The position numbers were made by a program, and so were the translations under genes. From contig CAVRAL010000001.1 in NCBI GenBank assembly GCA_963719085.1, positions 480,001 to 544,000 of the forward strand: 64,000 bases of DNA, read 5' to 3'. This DNA comes from a candidate division FCPU426 bacterium (GTDB taxonomy: Bacteria; Oederibacteriota; Muellerivitia; Muellerivitales; Muellerivitaceae). How positions within the stretch are numbered: the first letter of the stretch is position 1; every line of letters begins with the position of its first letter. Of this stretch, positions 1 to 9,434 are shown one piece after another. Under the pieces are notes generated by a model. The model was not told the origin of the DNA. It ran no database searches and saw nothing but the letters and a program-made list of their open reading frames with translations.

Positions 1-2
1 AA

Positions 3-83
3 TCGGCGCCGGGGACGCCCTTAGGTCTTGAGGATTCGGTCGAAAAACAACCGGAATTAAGCGAACTGGATCTGGGCGGCTAA
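3..83 (+). CDS. 3' end of an upstream gene (partial; ...SAPGTPLGLEDSVEKQPELSELDLGG*)
   Basis: Frame 3 is open from the window edge to TAA at 81-83, followed by an AT-rich intergenic region. Confidence 0.4.
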   Translation, partial: SAPGTPLGLEDSVEKQPELSELDLGG

Positions 84-99
84 AAAAACTGTTTATTTA

Positions 100-128
100 T
101 TGACCTCCTTTGTTCTTGAGATTAATAA
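100..128 (+). promoter_or_regulatory. Putative sigma70 promoter
   Basis: TTGACC (100-105), 17 nt spacer, TAATAA (123-128); imperfect -10. Confidence 0.35.
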
Positions 129-134
129 TATGTA

Positions 135-201
135 AATCGCTTTCCTTCAAACGACGGTTGAAAAAATAAGTAAACCGCTCTTCTAGGAAAGCCACCGATT
201 G
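135..201 (+). promoter_or_regulatory. Candidate structured 5' leader motif (copy 1)
   Basis: Nested pairings AATCG/CGATT, GCTTTCCT/AGGAAAGC, CGGTT/AACCG; sequence similarity to 5222-5266. Confidence 0.4.
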
Positions 202-257
202 GCCGCCTGAACCCCTGGTTTTTTGCCGGGCGCAGTAAGGATGGCAGAGGAGCTACC

Positions 258-2474
258 ATGCAAATCAATTCCCTGGTTCCCGGCTGTTTCCATCTGGAAG
301 GCCCCACCTGCAGCGCGCTGCTCGGCAGTCCGCCTGAGATTTTAAAAGTCCTGATCAAAAACAAAAAGTCCGTCCCCCAAGTCGGTATTTTGCCCGATGT
401 TTCCCATAAAAATGGTGTTTCCCAAATGGCGTTTGAGTTTTTGGGCTACTGGTTTCTTTTCGTGGATCAGGGCTATCAAAAGGGAAAAAAATTCCGCATT
501 TTGGGCACCCCGGCCCTTTGCGAAAGGCTTTACCACATTCTTCGCGTCACGCTTCTGGGCCCCAGCCGCGAGGAGATGAAAGAATGGGGCCTGAGCAAAA
601 GCCGCGTGGACACCCTCGTCAAGATGTCGGAAGGTTTGGCCTTGAAGCGGGGCGAAAAAGTCCTGGCGGTGGAAGAGCTTTTCGAGTTCATCCATTTGCC
701 GGAAGAGGACGACAGCCTTTTCGTGCCGATTTTTTCCGATTCCAAAGATTATATGATTAAGCGTCTGGGGGAAAACCGGTATCAAATTCTGTCCCAGGGC
801 GAAACCCTGGAGTTGGACTTAAACTTCGAGGGCGAACAATCGCCCCCCCTGATTGACTTGACCGGTGAGGTGGAAAAGCCGGAAGCTCTCCGGGTGAAGG
901 TTTTGGGTTGTTACACCGGGTTTGACCCGGAAGGGCCCACCACGGGCATGCTTTTTTGGATCAACGGAAACGGCTTTCTCGTCGATTCGCCGGCGGGAAT
1001 CGGGAAGTATCTTAAACAAGTGGGTGTTTCCAAAGACCGTTTGACCGCCGTCATTCAAACCCACGTGCATGACGACCATTGCGCTTTGAGCGAGCTGCTT
1101 TTGTCCGAGCAGGTTTTAACCATCATCTCCACCCGTGAAATTTATGAGTGCATGGTCTTGAAGGTGGCCAATGTCATCGGGGAATCGACGGAGATGGTGA
1201 AGTCCATGATGCAATTCGTCGAGGTTATTCCGGGAAAAACCTACAACCTTTACGGCGCGGCTTGGGAATTTTTTTACACGGTTCATTCCATCCCCACGGT
1301 GGGATTCCGGGTGACGGTCCCGGACGAGAAGGGAAAAACCCACACGATTCTTCATTCCAGCGATTTGGACCATTTTGAGGGCATGCAGCAGTTGGTGGAC
1401 TCGGGCGCCATCAGCCAGGAACACATGGACCGCATGAAGGGGTTGGTCCGGGGAGATGAAAGGCTGGCCATGATCGACGCCGGCGGCGCGCCGATCCACG
1501 GGAAAACCTCGGATTGGGACGGCATGATCGCCCAATACCCGGACACTGAATTTCTCTTCTATCACGTGAACCCTTCCAAAGTGAACGCTGAAAAATACCA
1601 GGTGGCCCGGCCGGGTTGGGGCAAGACTTTTTTAGCCGAGCGCCAGTTTCCCCAATCGGTTTATAACGGCGTGGTGCAGGCCTTGAGATTATTCGAGATC
1701 AAAGACCAGTCTTGGACCAATATTTTGCTGTCCCAAGGCCAGGTGGTGGAATATCCGGCCAAGCACGAGGTCGTGCGCAAGGGCCAGGAAGGGGATTCTT
1801 TTTATTTTATCCTTTCCGGCAATTTGGACGTTTTGGATCCGGAGAACAAAAAGGAACCGCTTTTGGCCACCTTGGAAAGCGGCGATTTTTTTGGCGAGAT
1901 GTCGATCATCAACCGATCCAAAACGAACGCCACGGTGGTAAGCCGGACGCCGGTCATTCTTTTTAAACTTTCAGGCAGCTTGTTCTTGGAATTCGTGGAG
2001 AAAAACGAGCTCAAGGAAAATTTTTCCAGCCTCTGGAAAAGACGCCCGCTGATTTCCTCGGTGGCCATTTTCAGGGATCTGGATCCCACGGCCAAGCATG
2101 AGATATCCCTTTTGGCCAAGAGCCAGTCGTTTAAAAAAGGCGAATTGATCATGCGGCAGGGAAGCAAGACCGAGGAGTTTTACATCATTTCCTCGGGGAC
2201 CGTGGAGATTGTGCGTAAAAACGAAAACGGCAAAGTGGTGGTTTCCACTGAATTGAGGGCCGGGGAATTTTTCGGGGAAAACGTGGCGATTGGATACGTG
2301 GATAAACGAAACGCGTCGGCTTTGGCTTTAACCGACGTGACCACGCTGGTCATTTCGGGCCGGGAACTGCGCACGCTGGCCAAGCGGATGCCGGTCCTGC
2401 GCCATCAATTGCACGTGATCATGAAGCGGCGCGGAGTGACGGAAGAAGTTTTGGAAAAAGGCGTGGTTTTGTAG
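258..2474 (+). CDS. MBL-fold metallo-hydrolase with two C-terminal cNMP-binding domains (putative cyclic-nucleotide phosphodiesterase)
   Basis: THVHDDH (HxHxDH), HSIPT and later D/H ligands; two cNMP domains (FYFILSG..GDFFGEMS; FYIISSG..GEFFGE..RNAS); SD GAGGAG before ATG. Confidence 0.8.
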   Translation: MQINSLVPGCFHLEGPTCSALLGSPPEILKVLIKNKKSVPQVGILPDVSHKNGVSQMAFEFLGYWFLFVDQGYQKGKKFRILGTPALCERLYHILRVTLLGPSREEMKEWGLSKSRVDTLVKMSEGLALKRGEKVLAVEELFEFIHLPEEDDSLFVPIFSDSKDYMIKRLGENRYQILSQGETLELDLNFEGEQSPPLIDLTGEVEKPEALRVKVLGCYTGFDPEGPTTGMLFWINGNGFLVDSPAGIGKYLKQVGVSKDRLTAVIQTHVHDDHCALSELLLSEQVLTIISTREIYECMVLKVANVIGESTEMVKSMMQFVEVIPGKTYNLYGAAWEFFYTVHSIPTVGFRVTVPDEKGKTHTILHSSDLDHFEGMQQLVDSGAISQEHMDRMKGLVRGDERLAMIDAGGAPIHGKTSDWDGMIAQYPDTEFLFYHVNPSKVNAEKYQVARPGWGKTFLAERQFPQSVYNGVVQALRLFEIKDQSWTNILLSQGQVVEYPAKHEVVRKGQEGDSFYFILSGNLDVLDPENKKEPLLATLESGDFFGEMSIINRSKTNATVVSRTPVILFKLSGSLFLEFVEKNELKENFSSLWKRRPLISSVAIFRDLDPTAKHEISLLAKSQSFKKGELIMRQGSKTEEFYIISSGTVEIVRKNENGKVVVSTELRAGEFFGENVAIGYVDKRNASALALTDVTTLVISGRELRTLAKRMPVLRHQLHVIMKRRGVTEEVLEKGVVL

Positions 2475-2715
2475 GTTTTTTTGTCTGATTTTTTAGTGTC
2501 AGAGGATTATCAAAAAGTCTAAAAATCGAACAAAGATGTCATTTTCCGTTTAACCTGTCCATTTAATCGGTTACTGAAAATACCCGTAATTCCTTAAAGA
2601 GTTTGATAAAGCGATTCACGGAAAAAGGGCATAGAAATTGCCCTTTCTTCCATGGCCGGTGAAATTTTATTGCCCGGATCCCATGTTTAATTTCAGGAAA
2701 AGGTTTTCACGAGCG

Positions 2716-4911
2716 ATGCTAAAAACGATTCAACAAATTATAAATTCACTTTATGCCGCTTTTTATTCGCCGGCTTTGGGAATGATTTTTTTCCTGATGG
2801 TCTGGCCTTCCTTTGGCTTTTCGGCGCCGTCCGCATTGACCGTTTCGGGAAACCGTATCGTTTCGTCCGGTGGTTGTACTTTTTTACTGAGGGGCGTGGA
2901 CGTGGACGGCCTGGAATTTTCGCCCGGCGGATACGGCCCGCCCAGCGGAAATAACGGGAGCACTTTGGCGGTGGTGGGAGAAGCGGTCACGGTTTGGGAT
3001 TCCAACGTCATCCGTCTTCCGCTCAACCAGGATTATTGGTTCGGGTGTAATGGCGCCAACGCCGCTTCCTATCAACAAGCGGTCAGCAATATCGTCAATT
3101 ATTGTTCCGCCCAAAATGTTTACGTTATTTTGGACCTGCACTGGTCGGGAACCTATAGCGGTACTTCCGCCACCAGTCCTTCGGGATGCAGCAGCGGGAA
3201 CGGATGGGGAAGCTCCAACGCGCAACAAGTGATGCCGGACTGGAACTCGGTGACCTTTTGGGGATCGGTGGCCACCGCTTTTTCCAATAATCCCGCCGTT
3301 CTCTTTGACCTCTATAACGAACCGCATCCGGATTCCAGCTTGGGCTCGCCGGGTGATTGGCAAGTTTGGCAAAATGGAGGCGCGACCAGCAGCACCCCCA
3401 GCCAAACGCCCGGGATGAAGAATCTTTTGAACGCCGTTCGGGCCACCGGCGCCAATAACATTTGTTTAGTGGGCGGTTTGCAATACGCCTATGACCTGTC
3501 CCAAGTAGACACCTATCCCGTCACCACTTCCACGAATGTCGGCAACGGGGTGGTTTATTCGGCCCACATCTATATCAACAAGGGAACACCCGGCCAAAGC
3601 ACTTGGGATCCCTATGTGACGACGGCCACCACCAACCATCCGGTCTTTATCGGGGAATATGGGCCCAGCCTGAGCTGCAATACGGATAGTTCGACCTTTG
3701 ATACGACTTTCTTCTCCTGGGCGAATGGTACCAACAGCAAAAGCTATGTTTATGGCGCCACCGCTTGGTCGATGACAACGGGTTCTTGCCCGAACCTGCT
3801 TTCGGATTGGAGCTTTGACACCACCAGCTGGGGTGCGGCGGTTAAAAATTGGCTGGCCACGCCGATTCCCACTTGCGGTTCGAGTCCTGTCAATACGGCC
3901 ACGCCCACGGTGACGCCGACCAAGACCCTTACTCCCACGGTTACGGCGACCGTGACCTCGACGCGGACCCTCACCCCCACCGCGACCTCGACCCCAACGC
4001 GTACCTTGACAGCCACACCTACCAAAACCCTGACCGCGAGCCCGACCTTCACGGCGACCGTGACCAGTACCAACACTTTAGCTTCCACACCGACTCCGAC
4101 CGTGACCGCCTCCCCTACCGCTACGAGGACGATGACCGCTACGGCGTCCGCTACCGCCACAAAGACAATGACCGCCACGGTAACACTGACCCGGACTCCA
4201 ACGGTGACCGCCACCTTGACCGTGACGAATACAATCACTTGGACACCTACCATCACCGACACGCCGAACGCCAGTTTCACCCCCAGCTTTACCCCGACGA
4301 TCACGCTGAGCCCGACCGTGACCGCTTCCGCTACTCCTACGGCGTCCGCTACCTCTACGGGAACAATGACTGCTACGGCAACCCTAACGGTTACGACGAT
4401 CCCGACTTCCACCCCAACCCTGACCGCCTCCGCTACCGCTACCTCGACGGCCACTCAAACCTTAACGCCTCTGTTCACTCCAACCGCTAGTTTCACCTTC
4501 ACCGCGACCCTTGTCCCGACCGCTACGGTGACTTTGACCCCCGTTCCGACGGGAACGGCGACTTTTTCTCCCACCTTGACCCCCACCGTTTATTTGCCGC
4601 CGACCGCCACGGCGACCTCGGCTTTTGGAGGGATGACTTTTGAGCCGCCTTACCCGAACCCCTCTTTTGGAAATCCAGTAACCTTGTTGGTGAATGTGCC
4701 TTCGACCGCCGCGGTGAAATGTTCAGTTTTCACGACGGCCTTCCGAAAAATATATGATGCGAATCAAACCATTATCGGAAATGGGAAGATGGTATGGAAT
4801 TTGTGTGATACGAGCGAAGTGCCGGTTTCAAACGGGGTTTACTATGTTCGTTTGGAAGTGGACTCGAATCATCCGCAGACCCAGATTTGGAAAGTGTTGG
4901 TATTGAAATAG
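2716..4911 (+). CDS. Secreted GH5-family glycoside hydrolase with Thr/Pro-rich stalk and T9SS type-A-like CTD
   Basis: Hydrophobic N-terminus; IRLPL, LDLHW, FDLYNEP (acid/base Glu), FIGEYG (nucleophile Glu); T-rich region ~3890-4620; CTD PYPNP..NGVYY..KVLVLK. Start uncertain (2716 or 2782; ORF track begins 2638). Confidence 0.85.
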   Translation: MLKTIQQIINSLYAAFYSPALGMIFFLMVWPSFGFSAPSALTVSGNRIVSSGGCTFLLRGVDVDGLEFSPGGYGPPSGNNGSTLAVVGEAVTVWDSNVIRLPLNQDYWFGCNGANAASYQQAVSNIVNYCSAQNVYVILDLHWSGTYSGTSATSPSGCSSGNGWGSSNAQQVMPDWNSVTFWGSVATAFSNNPAVLFDLYNEPHPDSSLGSPGDWQVWQNGGATSSTPSQTPGMKNLLNAVRATGANNICLVGGLQYAYDLSQVDTYPVTTSTNVGNGVVYSAHIYINKGTPGQSTWDPYVTTATTNHPVFIGEYGPSLSCNTDSSTFDTTFFSWANGTNSKSYVYGATAWSMTTGSCPNLLSDWSFDTTSWGAAVKNWLATPIPTCGSSPVNTATPTVTPTKTLTPTVTATVTSTRTLTPTATSTPTRTLTATPTKTLTASPTFTATVTSTNTLASTPTPTVTASPTATRTMTATASATATKTMTATVTLTRTPTVTATLTVTNTITWTPTITDTPNASFTPSFTPTITLSPTVTASATPTASATSTGTMTATATLTVTTIPTSTPTLTASATATSTATQTLTPLFTPTASFTFTATLVPTATVTLTPVPTGTATFSPTLTPTVYLPPTATATSAFGGMTFEPPYPNPSFGNPVTLLVNVPSTAAVKCSVFTTAFRKIYDANQTIIGNGKMVWNLCDTSEVPVSNGVYYVRLEVDSNHPQTQIWKVLVLK
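3890..4620 (+). repeat. Low-complexity coding repeat (T-x)n stalk
   Basis: ACN codon at roughly every second position; degenerate, no exact DNA unit. Confidence 0.85.
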
Positions 4912-5173
4912 CCGACTTTTATCATCGGGTTATTTCCCTTATTTTGTCAAAAGACCTACAGGAAGTAAGAAAGCGAACAGTTTTCCGCCCTGTTTCGCCT
5001 CCGAGGCTCACTTGGTTGTTTCGTTCAAATTCCGGATTTATCGATAAACATAAAAAACTATCAAAAAGGTATGGAAATTGCACTTTCATCTAATAGGATG
5101 AATGCGGGTTTTCGCCTTTCTTCAACTATCACTTCACTTTTCCCGCGATAAGCTCGAGATCTTGGTGACGATG

Positions 5174-5266
5174 TTTCTTGGCTTGACCCCTTGGGGGCCG
5201 TGGTCTTGAAACTTGCCGAGAGACGGACTGAAAAAGTAAATCGTTCCAAGAAAGCTAAAATCGATT
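5174..5266 (+). promoter_or_regulatory. Candidate structured 5' leader motif (copy 2)
   Basis: TTTCTTGG(5174-5181)/CCAAGAAA(5246-5253) encloses CCCC/GGGG and CCGT/ACGG stems; shares GACGG..TGAAAAA..AGTAAAyCG..TTCyArGAAAGC..CGATTG with 153-201. Confidence 0.4.
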
Positions 5267-8200
5267 GAATTTTAAAATTTTAAAATTTAATTACAGCAAA
5301 AACTCCTTCCTTGGCTTGCTTTGCGCCTTGGCGCTTGGGTTTATGGGGGCGAGTTCCGCTTCGGCTCAAAATATCACGATCATCAGCGATAGCATCACGC
5401 CCGCCAATCCGGCGCCGGGGCAAAGTTTCCAACTCAGCGTCACTTACTGTAATAACCAAAATACCCAATCCGAATGGGAAGTCGCCCTCAGCAGCGCGGG
5501 TACGACGGTCTTGGCTTGCCCGACCAAGAACCAAGTGTTTTTGGTCGACAAGAACGGCGTGAATGTGGACGAATCCGATCCTTGCGCCGGCGCCTCAGGT
5601 TGCAATATGGGCTGGCTCATGACGCCGACGGACGCCCAGACCAGCGGTTCTTGCGTGACCTTCACCCATACCTGGAACCTGACCATGCCGAACAACGCTG
5701 TTTATGGCGGAACCTACAACCTGATCCTGGGCGGAGGGGTTTATTACGAACAGTGCGGAGCGACACCCCAGGGCGGCATGGAAGTCACCATTCCCATCAC
5801 GGTTCCGGTTCCCGCCACTTCGATCCTCAGCACCAGTAAAACGGCCGAAGGTGGAAACGCGGCTCCGGGCGATCTCATTCTTTTTACCGTCAATTATGAT
5901 TTTCTCAACGACACCAGTGGCGGAACCATTACGGATACCGTGCCGGCGGGAGTCACCATGGTTGAAATGGGTCCGGGTGCCCCTGTGGGCGATTCGAGTT
6001 CCGGCGTGGCCCCCGGCTCGACCCTGACTTGGACCGTGCCCGGCAGCGGTACTGAAGCGGAGGGACAGGTTTGGTTTTTGGGCCGGGTGTCTTCGACGGC
6101 GACGGCGGGAACCCTAATCAGCAATACGGCGAAGTTGGCGCTCAACGGAACGGGGTTGACGCAAAACACGAATACGGCCACCTCCACGGTCGGCGGAAGC
6201 GGATTTTCGCTCACCAAAACTCAATTTCCCCAGGCGAACCCCTTGGCCGCGGGGCAGAGTATTCTTTATGGTTTAAGCTACGTGGCCAACGGCTATAGTC
6301 TGCAATGGTACGATTCTTATGACAACGATGGGAATGGAACATTAGGGTCGGGATATGACGGAACGGGTTATACCGACGTTCCGGGCCAAACCACCGGCGG
6401 TTATACGGTCGCCACCGATTCCCAAGGCAATCATTATCTGGTGGCCACCTCGACCTACTCGACCTCGGGCGGGGACTATCCGTTGTACCTGCGCGGCAAC
6501 GGCGAAAATTTATGCGCGGGAACCTATGTGGTGGAAGGCGATGTGCAGATTCCCACGACGGCGCCGGGAGCCAGCGGTGCGAGCGCGGGGGCGGACGCCA
6601 GCATGGTTTTAGCTTACGGCGTCAATGGCGGGGTGACCCAGGCCTACATGGCCTCGATTTCCTTGGACAATGGTCCCGGATATCTCTTTGAGCAAGTCAA
6701 CAACGGAACCTCTTATACCTCGAAGGGCGGACTGACCTCTTATCCGCAGCCGGTCACCATCACGGCGGGAGTTTGGTACACGATAAAAGCCGTAATGACG
6801 GTGACGGCCGCCGGTTGCATGACGCTCACCCAATATGTGTGGGACCGCAATAATCCTTCGTTGGTCGACACCTACACCTATCCCCAGGATTGCACTTTCG
6901 GCGCGAACCTTTGCGCGGATAAATGGCAGCAAGGCTGGCAGGCGGACGCCACCTCGGGGATCGACTGGTATTCCAATTTGAAGTTTGAGCAGGCCGATCC
7001 GATCGTCAACGCCAAACTTTGGGACACGATTCCCACTGGCGTAACCTACACCGGCGAGAATACGACGAATTCCAATTCGGTTCCGGCGCCTACATTCAGC
7101 AACTCAGGCGGGGCCTTGACTTGGAGTTTTCCGGCCACCGTTTATAACCTCCAGGGCTCGGTTTCCTGGTGGGGCAACGTCAGCTGCACGGGCGCCGCCC
7201 AAACCATCATCAATTCCTTCTCCATGGGCGCGCAGGGAGTCAGCACGGCCCTTTCGAATTCAGTGACGGCCATCGTCCAATGCGCTTCGCCCACCCCGAC
7301 CCCGACCCCGACCGTCACGAATACCATTACGCCGACCCGCACCCCGACCCCCACGCCGACCATTACTCCCACGTCCACGCCGACCCCTACCCGCACGCCG
7401 ACCCCGACCCCCACGATCACCAATACCAATACCCCCACGTTCACCCCGACCTGGACCCCCACGCCGACCAATACCCGTACTCCCACGCCGACGCCGACGA
7501 TAACGCCGACGATGACGCCTACCAACACTCCGACGATGACACCCACCAAGACTCCGACCATCACGCCGATCTTCACGAATACTTATACGTGGACGCCCAC
7601 GGTGACTAATACCTTTACCCCCACGAACACGCCTACGCCCACCCCCACACGCACCCCCACCTTAAGCCCGACTCCGACAAATACAGTAACGGCTACTTGG
7701 ACCCCCACTTGGACTCCGACGCCGGTTCCTTCCGCCACCGTTACGCCGACCTTTACCCCGACTTTCACCTTCACGCCGACCTTTACGCCGACTGAAACGA
7801 ATACCATTACCCCGACCAATACCTTCACTGTGACGAATACGGACACCTTTACTCAGACACCCGTTCCTTCGGCGACGGACACCTTTACCTTTACGGTCAC
7901 CAATACGCCGACCTTCACCTTTACCTGGACCCAGACCTTTACGCCGACCCCGACGAATACGCCTCCATTTACGCCGACGAATACCTTTACCCCGACCTGG
8001 ACCTCGACCTTTACGAACACCTTCACGCCCACGACCACTTTCACGCCGACCCCGACCCCGACCCAAACCCCGAGCCCGACTCCGGCCACCTCGGTTCTAT
8101 TCACCAAAAAGGTCAATCCGACCACGGTCTCCGGGGGAGGGATATTGACCTATACCTTGAATATCGACGTTCAAAACAGCCCGTCGACGAATCCGGTAGT

Positions 8201-9383
8201 GACCGATCTGCTGCCTTCCAACGTGACTTTTGTTAAATTTTTAACGGGTAATCCGGCGGTGGCCGGCGTGACGCTTTTAAATGGGGGCGTAACCGAATTG
8301 GAATGGAACCTGTCCACTTTAAGTCCGGGTCAATACTCATTGGGCTATGAAACCCAGGTCAATAATTTCGTGACCGGCGGGAGCACCATCGTGAACCAGG
8401 CGGTTTTTGACTCTTCCAACCTGAGCCAACCCTTGACGGCGGTGGCCAAGGCGCTGGTTTCGGGAACCTACACGGTCAGTATCGATATTTATAACGGGGC
8501 CGGTGAAATCGTCAAAACCATCCCCATCCAACAATTCTCCGAGCCCGTTCAAAATATCGCCATTGGCAGCACGAATATCATCGGGAATTCCAGCAATCCG
8601 GTGACGATCTTCTTTGGCACTATCCCGATCGGGATTTGGGACGGGACGAATAACAACCAGGAGCCCGTCTTGAACGGCAATTACTACGTCAAGGTGGACA
8701 GCGTGGATCCCATGGGCAACTTGACCAGTGTCACTCAGATCGTGGCCGTCAGCCGGACGCTCTACACGATCACGGCCAATATCTACAATGAGGCCGGTGA
8801 AATTGTTAAGCACCTTCTCGCCTATTCCACCACCCCCGGGCAGGCCTTGATCACGGGGGCGACTTTGTCCACGCCGATTTTAAAACCCTCGGCGGATCCC
8901 TCGCCAGGCCAGCCCACGCAATTGACCATTACCCTGAATACGGGCGTGACCATGACCTGGGACGGGACTTCGGATTCGGGAAGCCTGGTACAAGGCGGAC
9001 AGTATTACATTGAAATCAGTTCCAACGACGGCAAGGGAAGCTCCAGCGAGTTGACCCAAACCATCGTGGTCACGGGAACCGGGTCCACGGGTATCACGAG
9101 CGTGGCCGCGTCCCCCAATGAATTAACTTTTGCCAATGGCACCACATCCACGACCTTTAAAGTGAAAGCTTCCATGCCGGTGTTCGTGGAGGCGATCATT
9201 TACACGGTGGCGGGCGAGAAGGTGGCCGTGGTCGGGAATGATCCCGCCAATCCAAACCAAAGTTTGCCGTGGGACGCCAGCAACCACGCCAGCGGCCTTT
9301 ACATCGCCGTGGTGACCGTGCGGGACGCGTCCTCCAACGGAATTATCGCCCACAAAACTTGCAAGTTCGTGATTCTTCGATAA
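5265..9383 (+). CDS. Large secreted modular protein: Cys-rich N-domain, DUF11-like Ig repeats, inserted beta-rich domain, Thr/Pro stalk, two FlgD-Ig-like domains, T9SS-like CTD
   Basis: Signal peptide ending ASA-Q; DUF11-type [14 protein letters not shown] motifs; IYNxAGEIVK..WDGT..GxYY twice; terminal [25 protein letters not shown] start. Confidence 0.75.
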   Translation: MNFKILKFNYSKNSFLGLLCALALGFMGASSASAQNITIISDSITPANPAPGQSFQLSVTYCNNQNTQSEWEVALSSAGTTVLACPTKNQVFLVDKNGVNVDESDPCAGASGCNMGWLMTPTDAQTSGSCVTFTHTWNLTMPNNAVYGGTYNLILGGGVYYEQCGATPQGGMEVTIPITVPVPATSILSTSKTAEGGNAAPGDLILFTVNYDFLNDTSGGTITDTVPAGVTMVEMGPGAPVGDSSSGVAPGSTLTWTVPGSGTEAEGQVWFLGRVSSTATAGTLISNTAKLALNGTGLTQNTNTATSTVGGSGFSLTKTQFPQANPLAAGQSILYGLSYVANGYSLQWYDSYDNDGNGTLGSGYDGTGYTDVPGQTTGGYTVATDSQGNHYLVATSTYSTSGGDYPLYLRGNGENLCAGTYVVEGDVQIPTTAPGASGASAGADASMVLAYGVNGGVTQAYMASISLDNGPGYLFEQVNNGTSYTSKGGLTSYPQPVTITAGVWYTIKAVMTVTAAGCMTLTQYVWDRNNPSLVDTYTYPQDCTFGANLCADKWQQGWQADATSGIDWYSNLKFEQADPIVNAKLWDTIPTGVTYTGENTTNSNSVPAPTFSNSGGALTWSFPATVYNLQGSVSWWGNVSCTGAAQTIINSFSMGAQGVSTALSNSVTAIVQCASPTPTPTPTVTNTITPTRTPTPTPTITPTSTPTPTRTPTPTPTITNTNTPTFTPTWTPTPTNTRTPTPTPTITPTMTPTNTPTMTPTKTPTITPIFTNTYTWTPTVTNTFTPTNTPTPTPTRTPTLSPTPTNTVTATWTPTWTPTPVPSATVTPTFTPTFTFTPTFTPTETNTITPTNTFTVTNTDTFTQTPVPSATDTFTFTVTNTPTFTFTWTQTFTPTPTNTPPFTPTNTFTPTWTSTFTNTFTPTTTFTPTPTPTQTPSPTPATSVLFTKKVNPTTVSGGGILTYTLNIDVQNSPSTNPVVTDLLPSNVTFVKFLTGNPAVAGVTLLNGGVTELEWNLSTLSPGQYSLGYETQVNNFVTGGSTIVNQAVFDSSNLSQPLTAVAKALVSGTYTVSIDIYNGAGEIVKTIPIQQFSEPVQNIAIGSTNIIGNSSNPVTIFFGTIPIGIWDGTNNNQEPVLNGNYYVKVDSVDPMGNLTSVTQIVAVSRTLYTITANIYNEAGEIVKHLLAYSTTPGQALITGATLSTPILKPSADPSPGQPTQLTITLNTGVTMTWDGTSDSGSLVQGGQYYIEISSNDGKGSSSELTQTIVVTGTGSTGITSVAASPNELTFANGTTSTTFKVKASMPVFVEAIIYTVAGEKVAVVGNDPANPNQSLPWDASNHASGLYIAVVTVRDASSNGIIAHKTCKFVILR
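7287..8090 (+). repeat. Low-complexity coding repeat (TP/TF/TW/TN)n stalk
   Basis: About 265 codons with Thr at alternate positions. Confidence 0.85.
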
Positions 9384-9434
9384 AGGCCGTTTGATGAGTG
9401 ACGGTCATCTTAGGGTTCACGGATTAAAGCCATT

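Noticed and set aside
165..257. c-di-GMP-I (GEMM) riboswitch suggested by AAAGCCAC..GCCTGAA..ATGGCAG..GCTACC
   Set aside because: The GCAAACC-GNRA-GGGACGC hairpin is absent; kept only as an unclassified leader pending an Rfam scan
7287..8090. Repeats as a CRISPR array or VNTR
   Set aside because: No constant repeat with unique spacers, no cas genes; in-frame low-complexity coding sequence
8460..9080. Calling the FlgD-Ig-like domains a flgD gene
   Set aside because: They are internal domains of a Sec-secreted protein and lack the FlgD N-terminal hook-capping motif
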